From assembly GCF_001194135.2 (NCBI RefSeq), contig NC_068992.1:21171061-21235060 (forward strand): DNA of 64,000 nt. The letters run 5' to 3'. A program made the translations under genes and the position numbers. Of this stretch, positions 26,182-40,289 are shown piece by piece. Source of the DNA: Octopus bimaculoides (lineage: Eukaryota). Under the pieces are notes generated by a model, which worked only from the letters and a program-made list of their open reading frames with translations, ran no database searches and was not told the DNA's origin. The first letter of the stretch is position 1. Each line of letters begins with the position of its first letter.

Positions 26182-26689
26182 CGTGTGTGCGTGTGTGCGT
26201 GTGTGCGTGTGTGCGTGTGTGTGTGTGTTTGTGCGTGTGTGTGTATAATTTTTTTTTCTATTAGTTACTTTAAACAATTTATTTTATATCAATAACTTTA
26301 AATAAATCGAAAACTTATTATATATTAAAAATATAATTGGCATATATATTTTTTACACGTTTTATTATAGTTTCTAGATTAAGTAAAACCCTGACACTTA
26401 TTTATATACATATACATTATTGTTGTATTTTACTATACTATCGAAAGATTGTCTTCAACATATACGAGTTTGGTTTAATATTATTTCATATATATATAGA
26501 AATATATTTCGATAGTTTTAGATTCTACTTACTTAATTATTGTGTCCATTATAATTTTGTTCTTTTCAATTTTAATTGATATGTAGTTAAATGGCTAACG
26601 CTCACGCTCATTATACATAGGCATTTGAATTAATATTTTACAATCCAGCTGTCCTTTCACATGGAATTTCGTCTATCTTCAAACCATTG

Positions 26690-27550
26690 GCTACTTGACC
26701 TGGGAATCGACATGAATAATGATGAAACATTCCATGTGCATATTGCCAACGCTGTGCTGGCAAGTAGCTAGATCGATTCTGAGCTTATTCAGAACTAGAA
26801 ATAAAGGATACCATATTGTTTATATATACAACTGTCATTAATACTCCCAACTGTGGTCGCTGCAGAGCATCAAATCTGTGGCAGAACTTGAAGAATCCAG
26901 CTCCTCTACAAAAAGAAGATTGACTCGGTGAACAGCAGATGTGCTACTGGTGTAAGTCTCCCGATTTCAGGGAAGATATATTCCGAACCTGGACAGGACA
27001 CCATTCCGTCACCGGATTACTCATTTTTGCCAGGTGAGCGGACTGAAGCAACTTTAAATAATGTGATTTGCTTTAGAACACAACGTGCCTTCACGAGATG
27101 AGCTACTGGGAGAGGCTAAAGGAAATGGAAGCTCTACTCCCTAGATAGAAGGCGTGAAGAATATGCAGTGATATGCATATAGACGGTCCTAGAAGGTTTG
27201 GCTCCCATCTTTGGATTTGGAAGCTATACCAGCCACGGAACTGGATGCCATTGCATTGTATCAAAGATCCCATCTTCTCCATCTCCAATAAGGATCCAGT
27301 ACTGTAACAGCTGCCAAACAATTTCAGAGATTTGAGAGCTGTAGTTGCAGATGCCTTTGAAGAGCGCGCGGCGAAATTTTTATCTGAAACACCAGATGAA
27401 CTCATATCACGACAGGAGACACATGGACGAGCGGCTCCGTGCAACTTGACAGTTCTCCAAAAACAGTAGGAAAAGAAACCCAAACACAATGAAAAGTGCT
27501 GCTCTAGCATGGCTCCGGTCATCGGCTAAAAACAGTAAAAGTAAGGATAA
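26690..27550 (+). mobile_element. Degenerate CR1 LINE 3' fragment interrupted by a SINE insertion
   Basis: DLGIDMNNDETFHVHI, ILSLFRTRN, YSQLWSLQSIKSVAELE, then MSYWERLKE..LYSLDRRREEYAVI..VLEGLAP; 3' end gctgctctagcatggc; collinear with the 11100 element. Confidence 0.9.
26951..27095 (-). mobile_element. CORE-type SINE fragment nested in CR1 with a 14-bp TSD
   Basis: actcatttttgccaggtgagcggactgaagcaac...gatttgctttagaacacaac resembles 51258-51325; flanked by agatgtgctactgg (26937-26950) and agatgagctactgg (27096-27109). Confidence 0.8.
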
Positions 27551-27568
27551 ACGAATATATATATATAT

Positions 27569-27609
<41 letters not shown>

Positions 27610-27656
27610 GAAATAGATAGATAGATAGATAGATTGATAGATAGACAGATAGATAA

Positions 27657-27691
<35 letters not shown>

Positions 27692-27723
27692 TATACATAT
27701 ATATATAAATATANNNNNNNNNN

Positions 27724-27773
<50 letters not shown>

Positions 27774-28023
27774 GCGTGTGTGTGTGTGTGTGTGTGTCTA
27801 TGTCTGTCTGTATGTATGTATGTGTATATACACACACACACACATATATATATAGTGTTCTTTCGTGTACACGGTACTTGCTTACACTTTAGCACAGTTT
27901 AGATTTTCATTAATGTGAAATGCACGATTACTTTGGCGTTGCGATCCATGAACATTTGTGTGCGTTTCAAAGAGACTTTTAGTTGGCAAGTCCGGCTTTG
28001 ATATCATGTCGATTAATCTGATA

Positions 28024-28328
28024 GAAATGCATCAAATCTTGTATGTGAAATTGTAAAACATTTTACAAATTAATATTTGCTTGAATGACCACGAAGCAAT
28101 AACTTCCGAAAATCAAACAAAATCTCGTTGATACATTTATATAACGTTTGTTTCTTAAATGATTTTTATTTTACGCCGTAGTATTTTCGAATTCATTTTG
28201 CAAAGAAAAATATAAATGTATCAACTGATTTTTCTTTGATTCCCGTGATTTATTGCTTCTGGTTCATTCAAGCAAAATAAAATTTATAAAAAGTTTTACT
28301 ATTTGACATATAATTTTTGAAGCAAATC
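28024..28328. repeat. Decayed AT-rich foldback/palindromic element
   Basis: tttgcttgaatga..gaagcaataa..aatcaaa..gttgatacatttatat (28076-28142) is inverted at 28210-28277; similarity extends outward to about 28024 and 28328. Confidence 0.75.
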
Positions 28329-29229
28329 CATCGGGCCTCATCTATTCTGTCTATGCGGGTTGTTTCCCCACAAATGAGTTAAGGTATATAACCTGTTATA
28401 TGGGTGATGAAAAGTGCCTCACGGGAGATTCTGCATAGTGAAAACACATACTGCAGTAACATATACAATATTCTTACTTGAAAATACTTCTATTAAATCA
28501 GTTTATTCATAGACTTAGTATACACAAAATTTACCGCTAAGTGATGTTTAAAAATCTAGAATGAATTATCAAAGAAGATAACTTCAATAAAATCATCTGA
28601 CCAAATTTTCTAGATAATAAATGTAATGTGCATAGAGAATATAGTTGACATATTTCGGTTTTATTAGTCCTCCTCAGTGAAGGATATTTTACTCTCTTGC
28701 TAAACTTAGAATTGATGAGTGTGTATTTGAATTGAGGGTATCTAGTGATGTTGATTGTCATTATAATCGATATGCCAAAACGTATTTACCCCTAGGATGC
28801 ATTCTAAGTATTATGTGCAAGGGCTCTTGCATTTATTATAATATATATGAGTTCATATATGTCAAGTAACTGACTATGTCCGTGCAGTAAGAACGCAAAT
28901 ATTAAAGTTTTCTATGTGACTACAAAGTCAGACTATATTATATGTTGTATAAAATAGGCAGAAAACACTCTGGTATTTTTTTTTTCTTTCAGCCACAAAG
29001 TTGACATTCATAACCAGCATCATTATATATATTGATAATGTGAAACCTGAACGTTAGCATAAAATGCTATATTTCTTCATCAGTGAATCTCTTTCTCTCT
29101 ACGTATCAATTTGTTTCCAAATTTATTAAAGAATTTCATGATTATGTAACAGAATTTCAAATACAGCATGAAAAGTGGACAAGTGTATCTGTATCTCTAG
29201 AAATAGAAATTATAATTTTAAAAAAGGTT

Positions 29230-30560
29230 CCGCAGAAATTGCGAATCGGTTAATTATAAGCGATGAGTACGATTCAAATAACTGACGAAAAATTCGGATC
29301 TAGTAAGTTGTAGTATCTTCGATAAGGTTGCATCATACATATGGACTAATATCGTGAAGATAACTGTAAAAACTCGGCTATTTTGGATGGACGGTAAAAT
29401 ACTAACATGATTGTCGATACAAAACTTTCTTAAACGAAAAGAAGCACTAAAAATGTTGGATAAAATCGATATCAAACTCGAAATATCTTATGAAGAACAA
29501 CCGTTTTTTTTTTTCGTGTATTAAATGATATCATGAAGTTTTTTTTTTAATGGAATGTTTCTACATATTATTAAATTGCTTGGTTAAACTTGATCAAGGA
29601 GATAAGAAAACTGCAGAAGAATTTGTGCCACCATTAGCTAAAATAATTGCAAAAATTCTTTAAAACAATTTTTTAATGTTGATGAAATTGGTCTGTTTTC
29701 GAAAAAAAAAATCTGAAGGAATTTTATAACATCAGAAAATAAAAACATCTAACAGATTCAAAGGATCTAAAGATCGAGTCACATTATTATTATGCAATAA
29801 CGAATTAGGTGAATGCTTTATAAAACCATTATTAATTAATAGTCCTCTTAATTCACGGGCAATGAGAGGATGGAATAAAACATTCTCCTAGTTCATTGGC
29901 ATGCAAATGAAAAAATTTTGGCTGATTGATGAAATGTTTGAAAACTGGTTTGGTCAAAACTCTGCTCATGAAGCTGAAATTTATACAAGAGGAAATGATA
30001 TTAACTTCAAAGAGTCCATAACAAATTGACAGCGCTACATCAGATCGCTGTCAATTAAATATCTCCACGTTCAGGTTGTGTTGTCACGAGTCATTACCAC
30101 ACCACTTATCTAACCATTTGGTCAGGGCATAATTTCTAATTTTAACTCAATATGTTTTAAATACTCCTTTAAAACATATTGGATGATATAGGAATATAAC
30201 CAATTGGATGCACGTGAGGTATTAAGCAAAAAATATTAACATGATGTACTGTATTCCAGGAATGACATTAGTAATTCATGAAATTCAGAAAAGCATCTTA
30301 AATGCATGCTAGGAGGCCTTTCTGCCTGGAGTATGTCTAAAAAATAAAGGTATAGATTACAAAAAGCCTGGACAATTATTATTGTCTATTTAACAAAGGT
30401 TGAAGACTTAGATGGTATAAAGTTCAAAGAAAATTAAGAATTTTATGCAAGAATTGAGTTGGAGGAAAACTGTCTACTAGGTTCAAACAATATGTTTGTA
30501 TACAACGAGAAACATATTAATGAATTCGATTCAGTAATTATAACAAAAACGAAAACTATG
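29230..30560 (+). pseudogene. Decayed Tigger/pogo-family transposase (CENP-B HTH plus DDE_1)
   Basis: AEIANRL, DQGDKKTAEEFVPPLAKII, FNVDEIGLF, FKGSKDRVTLLLCNNELGECFIKPLLIN, VHWHANEK, FENWFG, VQVV...TTPLI*PFGQGIISNF and EIQKSILNAC* all match Tigger motifs in order; many stops and frameshifts. Confidence 0.9.
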
Positions 30561-30796
30561 CACCACAAATCATTAACATCTTTTACCATATTCTAGTTTC
30601 TGTTAATAACATATATATATATATACATGATGAATCTTTGCATCAACATGTACTTCCTTGCGACAATGTAGCCGTTAATTCAATCAAGATATTCTTGCCC
30701 TGAAGAGTAGCCGGCGGTACACACCTCACTTGGACCTTACTACTTCTGAGGTTCCACTCGGTATGAGTACGGTTTCCCGTACTTTATTCCGTAACT

Positions 30797-30834
<38 letters not shown>

Positions 30835-31072
30835 TAAGAGGAATGACCACTAGGTGGATTCCTATATGTTAAATGTAGACCCCATATGGTCTGACCTCGA
30901 AGAAAATATGCTCTCAAAGAAAATTCGGCAAATCGCCAGAACGTAAAGCGAGTATGACACGTGAAAAGATACAAAATTAAGTGGTTAGTCACGTACCATG
31001 ATTTCATTGTTACTATTTACATTACGTAATGCATATATATATGTGTGTGTGTGTGTTTACATGTATGCGAGT

Positions 31073-31241
31073 ACGGCAGACTTCTCCACAGTTTCCACCT
31101 AATACATTAACTCACAGAGCATTGGGCGATCCGCGACTATAGTGAAAGACGCCTACCCAGGATGCCGGACAGCAGTGGAATTTATACCGAATCCATGTGG
31201 TTGTAAAAGGAGTTTCTTAAAAAGACAGCAATACCTGTGCC
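31073..31241 (-). mobile_element. SINE family C head/core, degenerate
   Basis: cagtttcc...ctcacagagcattgggcgatccgcgactatagtgaaagac...ccatgtggttg matches 46318-46480. Confidence 0.75.
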
Positions 31242-31843
31242 AAGACATTTATCACTTAAATACTTAAAGAATTATAATATAGGACGTAGTTTGAAATATC
31301 AAAGAAAGTTCAGGCATAGTTAAGTAAATGTATAAAATGTTTACACCGATATGAAAAACATTACGTAACTTTAAAATACAAACTTCACGCGATAGCCGGT
31401 TTATTGAATGTGAAAGAATAAGCAACAAACAATAATGATAACAGGAATAATGTCCAGCTAATAACAAGAAGTCAGAGAAAAAATATCTCCACTCAAAGAC
31501 TATGCACGCAAGTGGCGCTTGATAATAATAACGTTCATGTTCAATCTAAATAAATACCTAAATTTTAAGTTTTATTATTTGAGAGGTTATAAGAGAACAT
31601 ACATCGCTTACCTTGCACCATTTGCATTTGCACATTAGGGATCTAAACCAGTTGACACATGGAACTACAGAACAACTGTATCTCTGGATATATATCAATA
31701 TACACAAATACGCACGCACACACACACGCACGCACACGCACGCACACATGCACACACGCGCGCATTTACAGTTTTCATCCACTGGGCACCAATGAAGATT
31801 ATCAGATTTAATATCTAAAAGAGTTTCCAGAATATACAGAATA

Positions 31844-32148
31844 CATAGCTACTTCGGTTTACGAAGAAGTCGATTTACGAACAATTTCCCGAACATATAA
31901 CGTCTCGGTTGACGATCGGTGTTTCGCGTAATGAACGCGTAAGCTAGCAGCACCAGTTGGAGACAAGCTGTTAGTATCAACGGAACACCGTCGGTTGCTG
32001 TCTATCTTTTGCTCAGTTCACACCCCAGCTTGAATTAGCCGTGCTGTCTTTTGAACTCCCTATGGAGAAAATAGTTTTGTTTTACGAACATATAGGCCCA
32101 CGAACGGCCTTAAAGAACGAATTAAATTCCTAACCCGAGGTTCTAGTG
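31844..32148. mobile_element. Tigger-type MITE, degenerate TIRs
   Basis: Left catagctacttcggtttacgaa and right aattcctaacccgaggttctagtg resemble the CAGT..ACCTCGGTTTACGAA TIR; internal tttacgaac subterminal repeats. Confidence 0.6.
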
Positions 32149-35100
32149 TTTGTGAGGAACTTCAGCCAACATCTTACTATAACCTTGATCTTCCAGCTTG
32201 TAAACATAATAATGATTTGAACGTACGTTCTATGACTGACTTAACAGCGCAAGTTATATGCTACTTCTCTTCCCTTAATGCTTTCACAATGCTAATTATA
32301 AAACTTTTTGAAATTAATATGTGTCTTCTTTTCGAGGAAGTACGAAAGAACAAAAATCTACTTATTGCTTCTAAAAATTTTATACCATCGATATTATGAA
32401 GAATTTAATACTTCTAACTTATGTCATTCTAGTTATGACATAGAATTATACAAAATATATGTGATGAAGATGCTGTCTTTATTTCATCAATCCAGACATT
32501 TCACTTAAACGAAACACTTTAAGAAAATTGATGTTTTCTCTATGTAACATAGTTCTGCCAGTTTAGTTCCGTGTTAAATGTTTTATTGGTACATTATTGA
32601 AACACTCACGAATCTCTATGTGAATAGTCGTTTTCTGACACAGTCATCTAAGTGCAATACTGATTAAAAGTGACAAGTCATAAATATCCATTTTTTCTCT
32701 CTCCTTTAGTGAAACATAACATCAATCACAAAATCTACAGTGAAATAATAACGATTTCTTATAGAGGTAATATAATAAAAGATTATAACTTTACATAGTG
32801 GTTATCACGTAGATAATAATCAGTTTTAACGTTGAAACAAGAAGATGTTTTCGTTTTTCTTTTTGTCTTTTTAAAGGAGGTGGTCAGCAGTCTCCTAAAT
32901 TGAATTTGTGCTTGATGTATTTCATTCAGCATTATCCCGAAAGAATTAACAGTGACGATGACCACTACAGGATTTGAACTCAGAAATGAAAGGGAAATAA
33001 AAAAATATACAACAGTGGATTTGGTTCTACACTCTTCCTATTTTGTCATATTTAGATAAGAACGGTTTCAAATTTAATCATTTCTATCGTCACCTGAAAT
33101 ATCTGAACAGCCTTATGCCAATTTTTTAAATACATATATATGTGAATGGCAGAGTGTGTCGAGAAAAATATACATCTTAGTTTAATAATAACGATTTGTT
33201 CGACTTCAGGATGGTCCCAGCATTGTTACAGCCCAACGACTGAAGCAATGCCAGAAACAAAAGTAATAGAATACATAATCACACAGACACACTGACACAC
33301 ATACACACTCGATCTTTCGTATGAATGGTTACCAATCACGATTGAATTGTTGATATAGACTCGGCTGGAGCAAAACCTTGTGATTGAAATTGGGTGGTCG
33401 GAAACTGCAGATCACGTTAATTGATTGTGTTTTTATTTCAAAAGTCTGGTTTTGACGTGCTTCATTCTGTCTGAGAACTATAGTAACATGATTGACATAA
33501 ACACTTTCACTTTTCTCATTCACACAACGGGAAATATGCACACAGACATAAACGGGAAGAGAGCTCGAAGGAAAAAGAGAAAGTGTGGTCGAGAGATTGA
33601 GAGAAACATATGATGTCAGATATGTCAGTGACACGAAAAAAGGTGACGCCAAGACAGCTGTGCCATTATGTCTCATAACCAAAGCTTGCATAGTGAGAAA
33701 GCAAGGACTCATAATAAATACAGCAATGATTTTTTTGTATATTTCACATAGAAGTGTAAGTTCGCACAAAGTTACATAAATATCATCCATCAAACTCAAC
33801 GCTTCCACATAAAATAAATAAATACCTTGTTAGGTAGATACAGAGGGGGGAAGATGAACGCACAAATATCACGAATTCAAACAAGCATGAATTTACGCAA
33901 GAAACAATACGGAGTGCGAAAAATTTGGATACGTCGTTGCCAGAATTGTATTAATACGTAAAGCTACGCAGATGTTTGCACAATCACTCGAATATAGACT
34001 TGTATATGTATGTGTGGCTGAATGAGCGCGTGTTTGCATATACGCATATATTTGTATATATGTATATAATTATGTATCAAGCATGTGCGTATTTATCTAC
34101 ATATATAAATGTGTGTATGTATGTATGAATGTATGTACGGGTATATCAAATATGATATATAACTATGTGTATGCATATAGGGAGTGAGAGAAAGAGAAAG
34201 ATATATATTCATATGTTTGTGTGTGTATGAATATATGTAAGTATATATCAATATGTGTGTGTCTCAGTGAGTGTGTCTATAGATGCATCCATCAAGATTT
34301 TTTATGTATAAATGCGTTTTAATCGAGAAATATTCATGTGATGTTTGGCATTTAACAAGCAACACACAAATAGAGAGAACTTATACTTCACTGAACTCTT
34401 GCATTGGCAACCCTTGGCTTCATGCCAAACAGCAACTACATAACACAAATGCTGTTTCGATTTTCTTTTTCATTCCTTGTTCTTTATTTTACTTTTCTTT
34501 CTTTATTATTCTAACCAAAAGGCAAAAATCTGCTGTCATTGGGAAATTAACGCAAGGATTTTCTTTTCCGCTGTTTTGGCCAAATTCCAACTGGATTTGA
34601 ATTTCTCTGATTTGACCAGATTATGTCGCATTTAGATCAATTATGGTGGGATGTTGCTCTATGCAGTGTTATTTTCCTCCTTAGCAACAGTTCCCGATAT
34701 TAAAATGCATGTTGATGTGATGTTTAGCTCCTTTAATCATTTATATTCGCTTTTTCCTTTTTCTTTATATTTTGTCCTATTAATATTTGATGGTCTGTAT
34801 TAAAGAACAGTGTCGGTAAATGCTCTTTGAACAACATTACTCTGGATTTTCATAAAACAAATTTAACCACCATCACTAAGAAAAAATGTAGTAGGTACTG
34901 AAGCTAACTGAGATGCAAAACTAGCACGACCCGTTAATGTTGCAAGCTATTTTCCATTTAATGGCAATTTAAAATACAAATTCATAACGTCATCCTAATT
35001 ATATTCGGATCTCTTTTGATGTTCCTAAATCTCCAGGATACGGTAATTATATTTATAATTGTTGTTGTCACGTAAGTGGTGGAGGGAAAGAAAATATGGA

Positions 35101-36244
35101 ACGCAGACCAAAATTACTTCGCATTGTTTCATGAGGTTGTATTATGTAATAAAATGAAGCAGCGCTCGAATGTAATTTGCATTTCATATCCCCCAAGGGC
35201 GATAATCAGCGTTGATGTATAGATGTCAATTCAATCGACTATACTCTCTTCATTGTCCCAGTGAGTGAATATATTAAAGATTCTTTAAGACGGCGAGTAA
35301 GAAGAATCTTTAGCACAGAGGCAATCCATCCGTATTTACGTCATACGCTCAAATCCCACTGCGGTCAACTTTACCTTTCATTCTTTCAGGATCACGAAAA
35401 TAAAATATCAATAAAGTACTGGGGCCAATGTAATCGACGAACCCTACACATGCAGACGTCGCTATTTCTCAATGACAATTTTCCCAGAAAAATCTCGATG
35501 AAAACCATATTAATGCAATAACATATTTATTAGTGGTTCAAAGAATCTTCGGGCAAAAGCTATGATTCATCAAGAAAATAGCTGTCATAAAACTCGTCCC
35601 GTGAAATGCTGATATATCTCCTTTCATCTCGCAATCGTCAATCATTTATTCTTTATTCTTTCATTCATTAATCTTTTTCTTTCTCTCTCAGAATTTCCGA
35701 CATGAACTTCTCGGCACGGGGAATAAGTGTACGAGCGGTTGAGTATTCCATAATAACATATACGCTTAATATAGTTCTCAGACGGAATCTGCATGGCAAG
35801 CCTAGGTTTTTGAATTACAAATACAATCCCCTCACGTTCACGTCTACACATTTTCAGTCACAAGGTCTGACTCCAGCTGAGTGTATGGTCGCAGTGGAAT
35901 CGAAACCGGGATCTCATGACTATGAAGGTGAACATCGTTACCATTCTGTTATCACTTGAGATGTAAACGTCGGGTGTAAGAATAGCATTACTGAAATAAA
36001 TATTTGGATATAGTTATCTAGAATAACCATCCGCAGAATTAATATGTTCACAGGAATGCACTCCGCACTACGCCAATTGTAGTTACGATATGAATCTAAC
36101 ACGGTAACCAATATTATCAACGACTCGTCAACTACTGGCAGTTCTCAGAATTACTTTATTTTATTGAAATACGGTAGTCTACTTCCAGTCACGTGGGAGT
36201 GGTCAGGGTCCTTCCACAACACTTCCAGACAAAATAGTCTGTGA

Positions 36245-36281
<37 letters not shown>

Positions 36282-36285
36282 AGAG

Positions 36286-36343
<58 letters not shown>

Positions 36344-37299
36344 TTCATGTATTTTCTTCCTTTTATTTATTTTTTGTTTTGCTTTAGTAATTGGGCTGCG
36401 TCAGTGCTAGGGCACAACCTTTGAAGTCGAACAAGTCGACACCAGTACAAATTTTCCAAGCTCTGGGTTACAGAAACGTAAACAGATAAAAGCTGGTCGT
36501 CAAGCGGTGTGGAATAAACACAGGTATAAACACTATATAAATACGACAGACGTACGCAATCTTGTGTCTAGTAAAATCAGGCATGGTGTCGCGCAGTCGG
36601 ACCCATGCCTACTGAGTGAACAAGAAACCGCGTTGTTACAATGCGAGATTTCTAACCACACAGGCATGCCGAAACATACGCACGCATACACACACACACA
36701 CACACAGACACACACACAAACACGTACGGAGAAACAGTATAAATTTTGGAAGCCGATTGTTATTTAAAATTCCACATTTATAAATAATATCCATAGTTCT
36801 AAATAACAGAAAGCAGAAAAAAAAACTGTTCCATTGTTTCACATTTAAATTTCTTTATTTTTCTACAATATTCAGGTTCTTTGCTCTCAGAATTGCATTG
36901 TTAATTATATAATCCTTGAATATATTTAAATTTCAGGGTAAAAAATTTATGCGTCTGATTCATAGAATACGATACCTGAATATTTTAGCAGTATAAACAA
37001 ATTTCAACGTGAAACAACACAAACATTAATCTATTTCGAATTTTTCTGGTATTTGAAAATGCTTATGATTATGGACTTTTCGAAAAGTTTTTTTTTTTCT
37101 TAAGAGGAATTTTAATAATGACAGTTATATAATACATACTTTCTTATATCTTATGTGGAATATAATTGTTTCCGACTGTTATTATCGATACTTATATAGT
37201 ATTATAATTAAACATGCTTTCTTTACATGGACAACTTTTTCATATCTCAGTTATTTATTTTATTGTTTCTTTATTTTTCTTTTGGTGGGATGCAGGGTT

Positions 37300-37560
37300 G
37301 CCAAACCAGTCACTTACAGGGATGGAAACATACCAACATCTTTGCCAAGTAGTGTAGGAGACAGACACACAAGCATAACTAATGATGTATAGGCATTCAT
37401 TTATGCACGACATGACTCCAAACAGTTTCTGTCTACTAGATTCAATCACATGGCATTGGTCTACCCGAGGCTATAGTTGAAAATGTTTGCCTAGTATGAC
37501 CAATGTGCTACAACGTGGTAGCAAAGCGAGTTTGTTGGCCATACAGTCATAACTGCGCCT
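37300..37560 (-). mobile_element. SINE family C, degenerate
   Basis: cagtttctgtctactagattcaatcacatggcattggtctacccgaggctatagttgaaaa...ataactgcgcct. Confidence 0.7.
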
Positions 37561-38433
37561 AATATATGCACAAATTAAATTTGAAACAATTACATACATT
37601 CTTTTCTTTTATTCGTGGAACTTGAAACCGACTACAGACATTTTGAAGATACAATATTTAAAAGTGGAATTTTAAGAACAGATTTAAAATCTAAGACAAC
37701 TTTTGCAAATATAAATGTACAAGCACATTACAATCCCTCAAAGGAATTGCAATGTGCTTGCAGAGCCATTAGAATTTAGAACATGCAACTTCAAAACATT
37801 AAAGAAACAAAATCAGCGAAAATAGCCTGTGAATAAACGTCTAAATATTCTACTATAGCCAAAAATGCTGAGCGTAGGAAAAAAACGTTGAAGAATTTTT
37901 ATGACTCAAAGATGAGAAAGATTTGATTCCCTACCAGTTATTTCTATTTTTCATTCCACTATTGTTTCTATTTTACTTTTGAAGGTAATTTTGGAGAGAG
38001 ATATGGATATTTTCAATGTAGGTCAGAAGAAAAACATAGGACAAAGCAAACACAATAATTCTAAATCACATTTCGTATCAATTTACATTTCTTGTTTTCA
38101 GACTAATACAAAATTGGCACCGGTGTACAGCTCCGAGAAGTAGGTGTGTGTGTGTGTGTGCGTGTATGAGTGTGTATGTGTGTGTGTTTGTGTGAGCGCG
38201 TNNNNNNNNNNNNNNNNNNNNNNNNNNNNNNNNNNNNNNNNNNNNNNNNNNNNNNNNNNNNNNNNNNNNNNNNNNNNNNNNNNNNNNNNNNNNNNNNNNN
38301 NNNNNNNNNNNNNNNNNNNNNNNNNNNNNNNNNNNNNNNNNNNNNNNNNNNNNNNNNNNNNNNNNNNNNNNNNNNNNNNNNNNNNNNNNNNNNNNNNNNN
38401 NNNNNNNNNNNNNNNNNNNNNNNNNNNNNNNNN

Positions 38434-38470
<37 letters not shown>

Positions 38471-38684
38471 TACATAAATATATGTATGCAGTTAAATACA
38501 TGTATGTCCATAAATATGTGTTTATATATACATGTGTGTGTGTGTGTTTCTGTGTGTGTGTGTGTATGTCTCTACATATGAGTGTGTGTATACATACACA
38601 TATTACGCGTACATATACGTTCAAATTATGTGTGTGTATATATATATATACATACATACATACATATAGATATAGATATGAGTG

Positions 38685-38727
<43 letters not shown>

Positions 38728-39613
38728 GCATAAGTATGTATGTGTGTATATATCTGTACAAGTATACACTCGTAGAATTGTATTTGTATTAGCAGATGCT
38801 TCATTGATCTTTATGTCATTTCCATCTACAAGAGATGTTGAAAATGGCGAAACTCGCGACGCCTAAATGGTAAGTACAAAACCTTATAAAACACAGACAA
38901 GTCTATTATTCAAAACGCTTCACTGATTTTATGAGAAGGACCGCTAGATTTTCATATCATATGGAGACCTATCACATTCTTATAATTAAGCATTCATATT
39001 TTTACACACGTTGAATAGGCTGTTTGAAACGATTATGTTGAGAGAAAAATTATGAACAGCATATAGAGACAGCCTACGAGGACAGAATATCCATTTGATG
39101 CAACTTTAATCTTGTTTTATGCCGTTTCGTGCCTTGTAAAATAGATGCAGACTGGTAGCGAAGATTAAGCATTGTCAATAGACAGCTAAATACACACAAA
39201 CTCACTAACTCTGTTTCTCTCTTACATAGTTGTACACAGATATACACATTCGGATATATAAAACAAAGGCTAAATATACGACTCCTTTGTAATGTCTGTC
39301 ATAGTGTGACCTTCGTTTGCACATACCTGCAAGTGAGTGTTTATGCATTCGGTGTGTGTGTACGTGCACGTATACGTTTGTTTGGTAACTATAATATAAG
39401 TTTCCACATTATGATATTATAATATTTAGTGAGAATTGCAGTTACCAAGGTAAAAATGAAAGCAAGAAAAGTTCACGACACGTTTGATGTATTAGTTATT
39501 TCACACATACATACTCACATAGAAATATATGTATGTATACATACACACATGTACATATATACATGTTATATGCGTGCATAAGTGTATATTTATATATGGG
39601 ATGCATATTTGTG

Positions 39614-39671
<58 letters not shown>

Positions 39672-40289
39672 TGTAAAATATTTGTATACACACACATTCA
39701 CACACACGAACGCAAACACCACATACGCACATGTATACATAAATATGTCTGGACGTGATTGTTCGCTGATTAGTTTACATATAATTTATATGTGTGAGCT
39801 TTACTCTTCAGAAGGCGTAGAATAGTTGCAATAACCATCACGAGTTATAAAAGTTATAATATGTATGCGATTGCAGAACAATATTTAGGTTTGATGTTAC
39901 TCTGAACGCATATTAATGCCAAAGCTACCTCACTAAATTATATAACGAGAAATTTCAGGCGTCTTTATAGAAATAATAACATGTTTAAAAACACATTTAG
40001 ACAGTGTAAAATAATAAATTTGAATTGCAGCGTACACAGAGAACAGCGAAAATCAAAACAATGACGTAATTTGTCATTCTTAATGCCTTTTGGCATGTAG
40101 CGTTCGAATCTACAGGGACATATCAATATATATATATATAATTATATATAACACGCTACGTATCCATATATATATACATATATATATATGTGTGTGTGTG
40201 TGTGTAAAATAAAGGAAGGAGATACACAAATTTTACAGAGTTCTATTCTATTTTTTTTATATATCTTATAAGTAAAAGAGTATTGTGTT

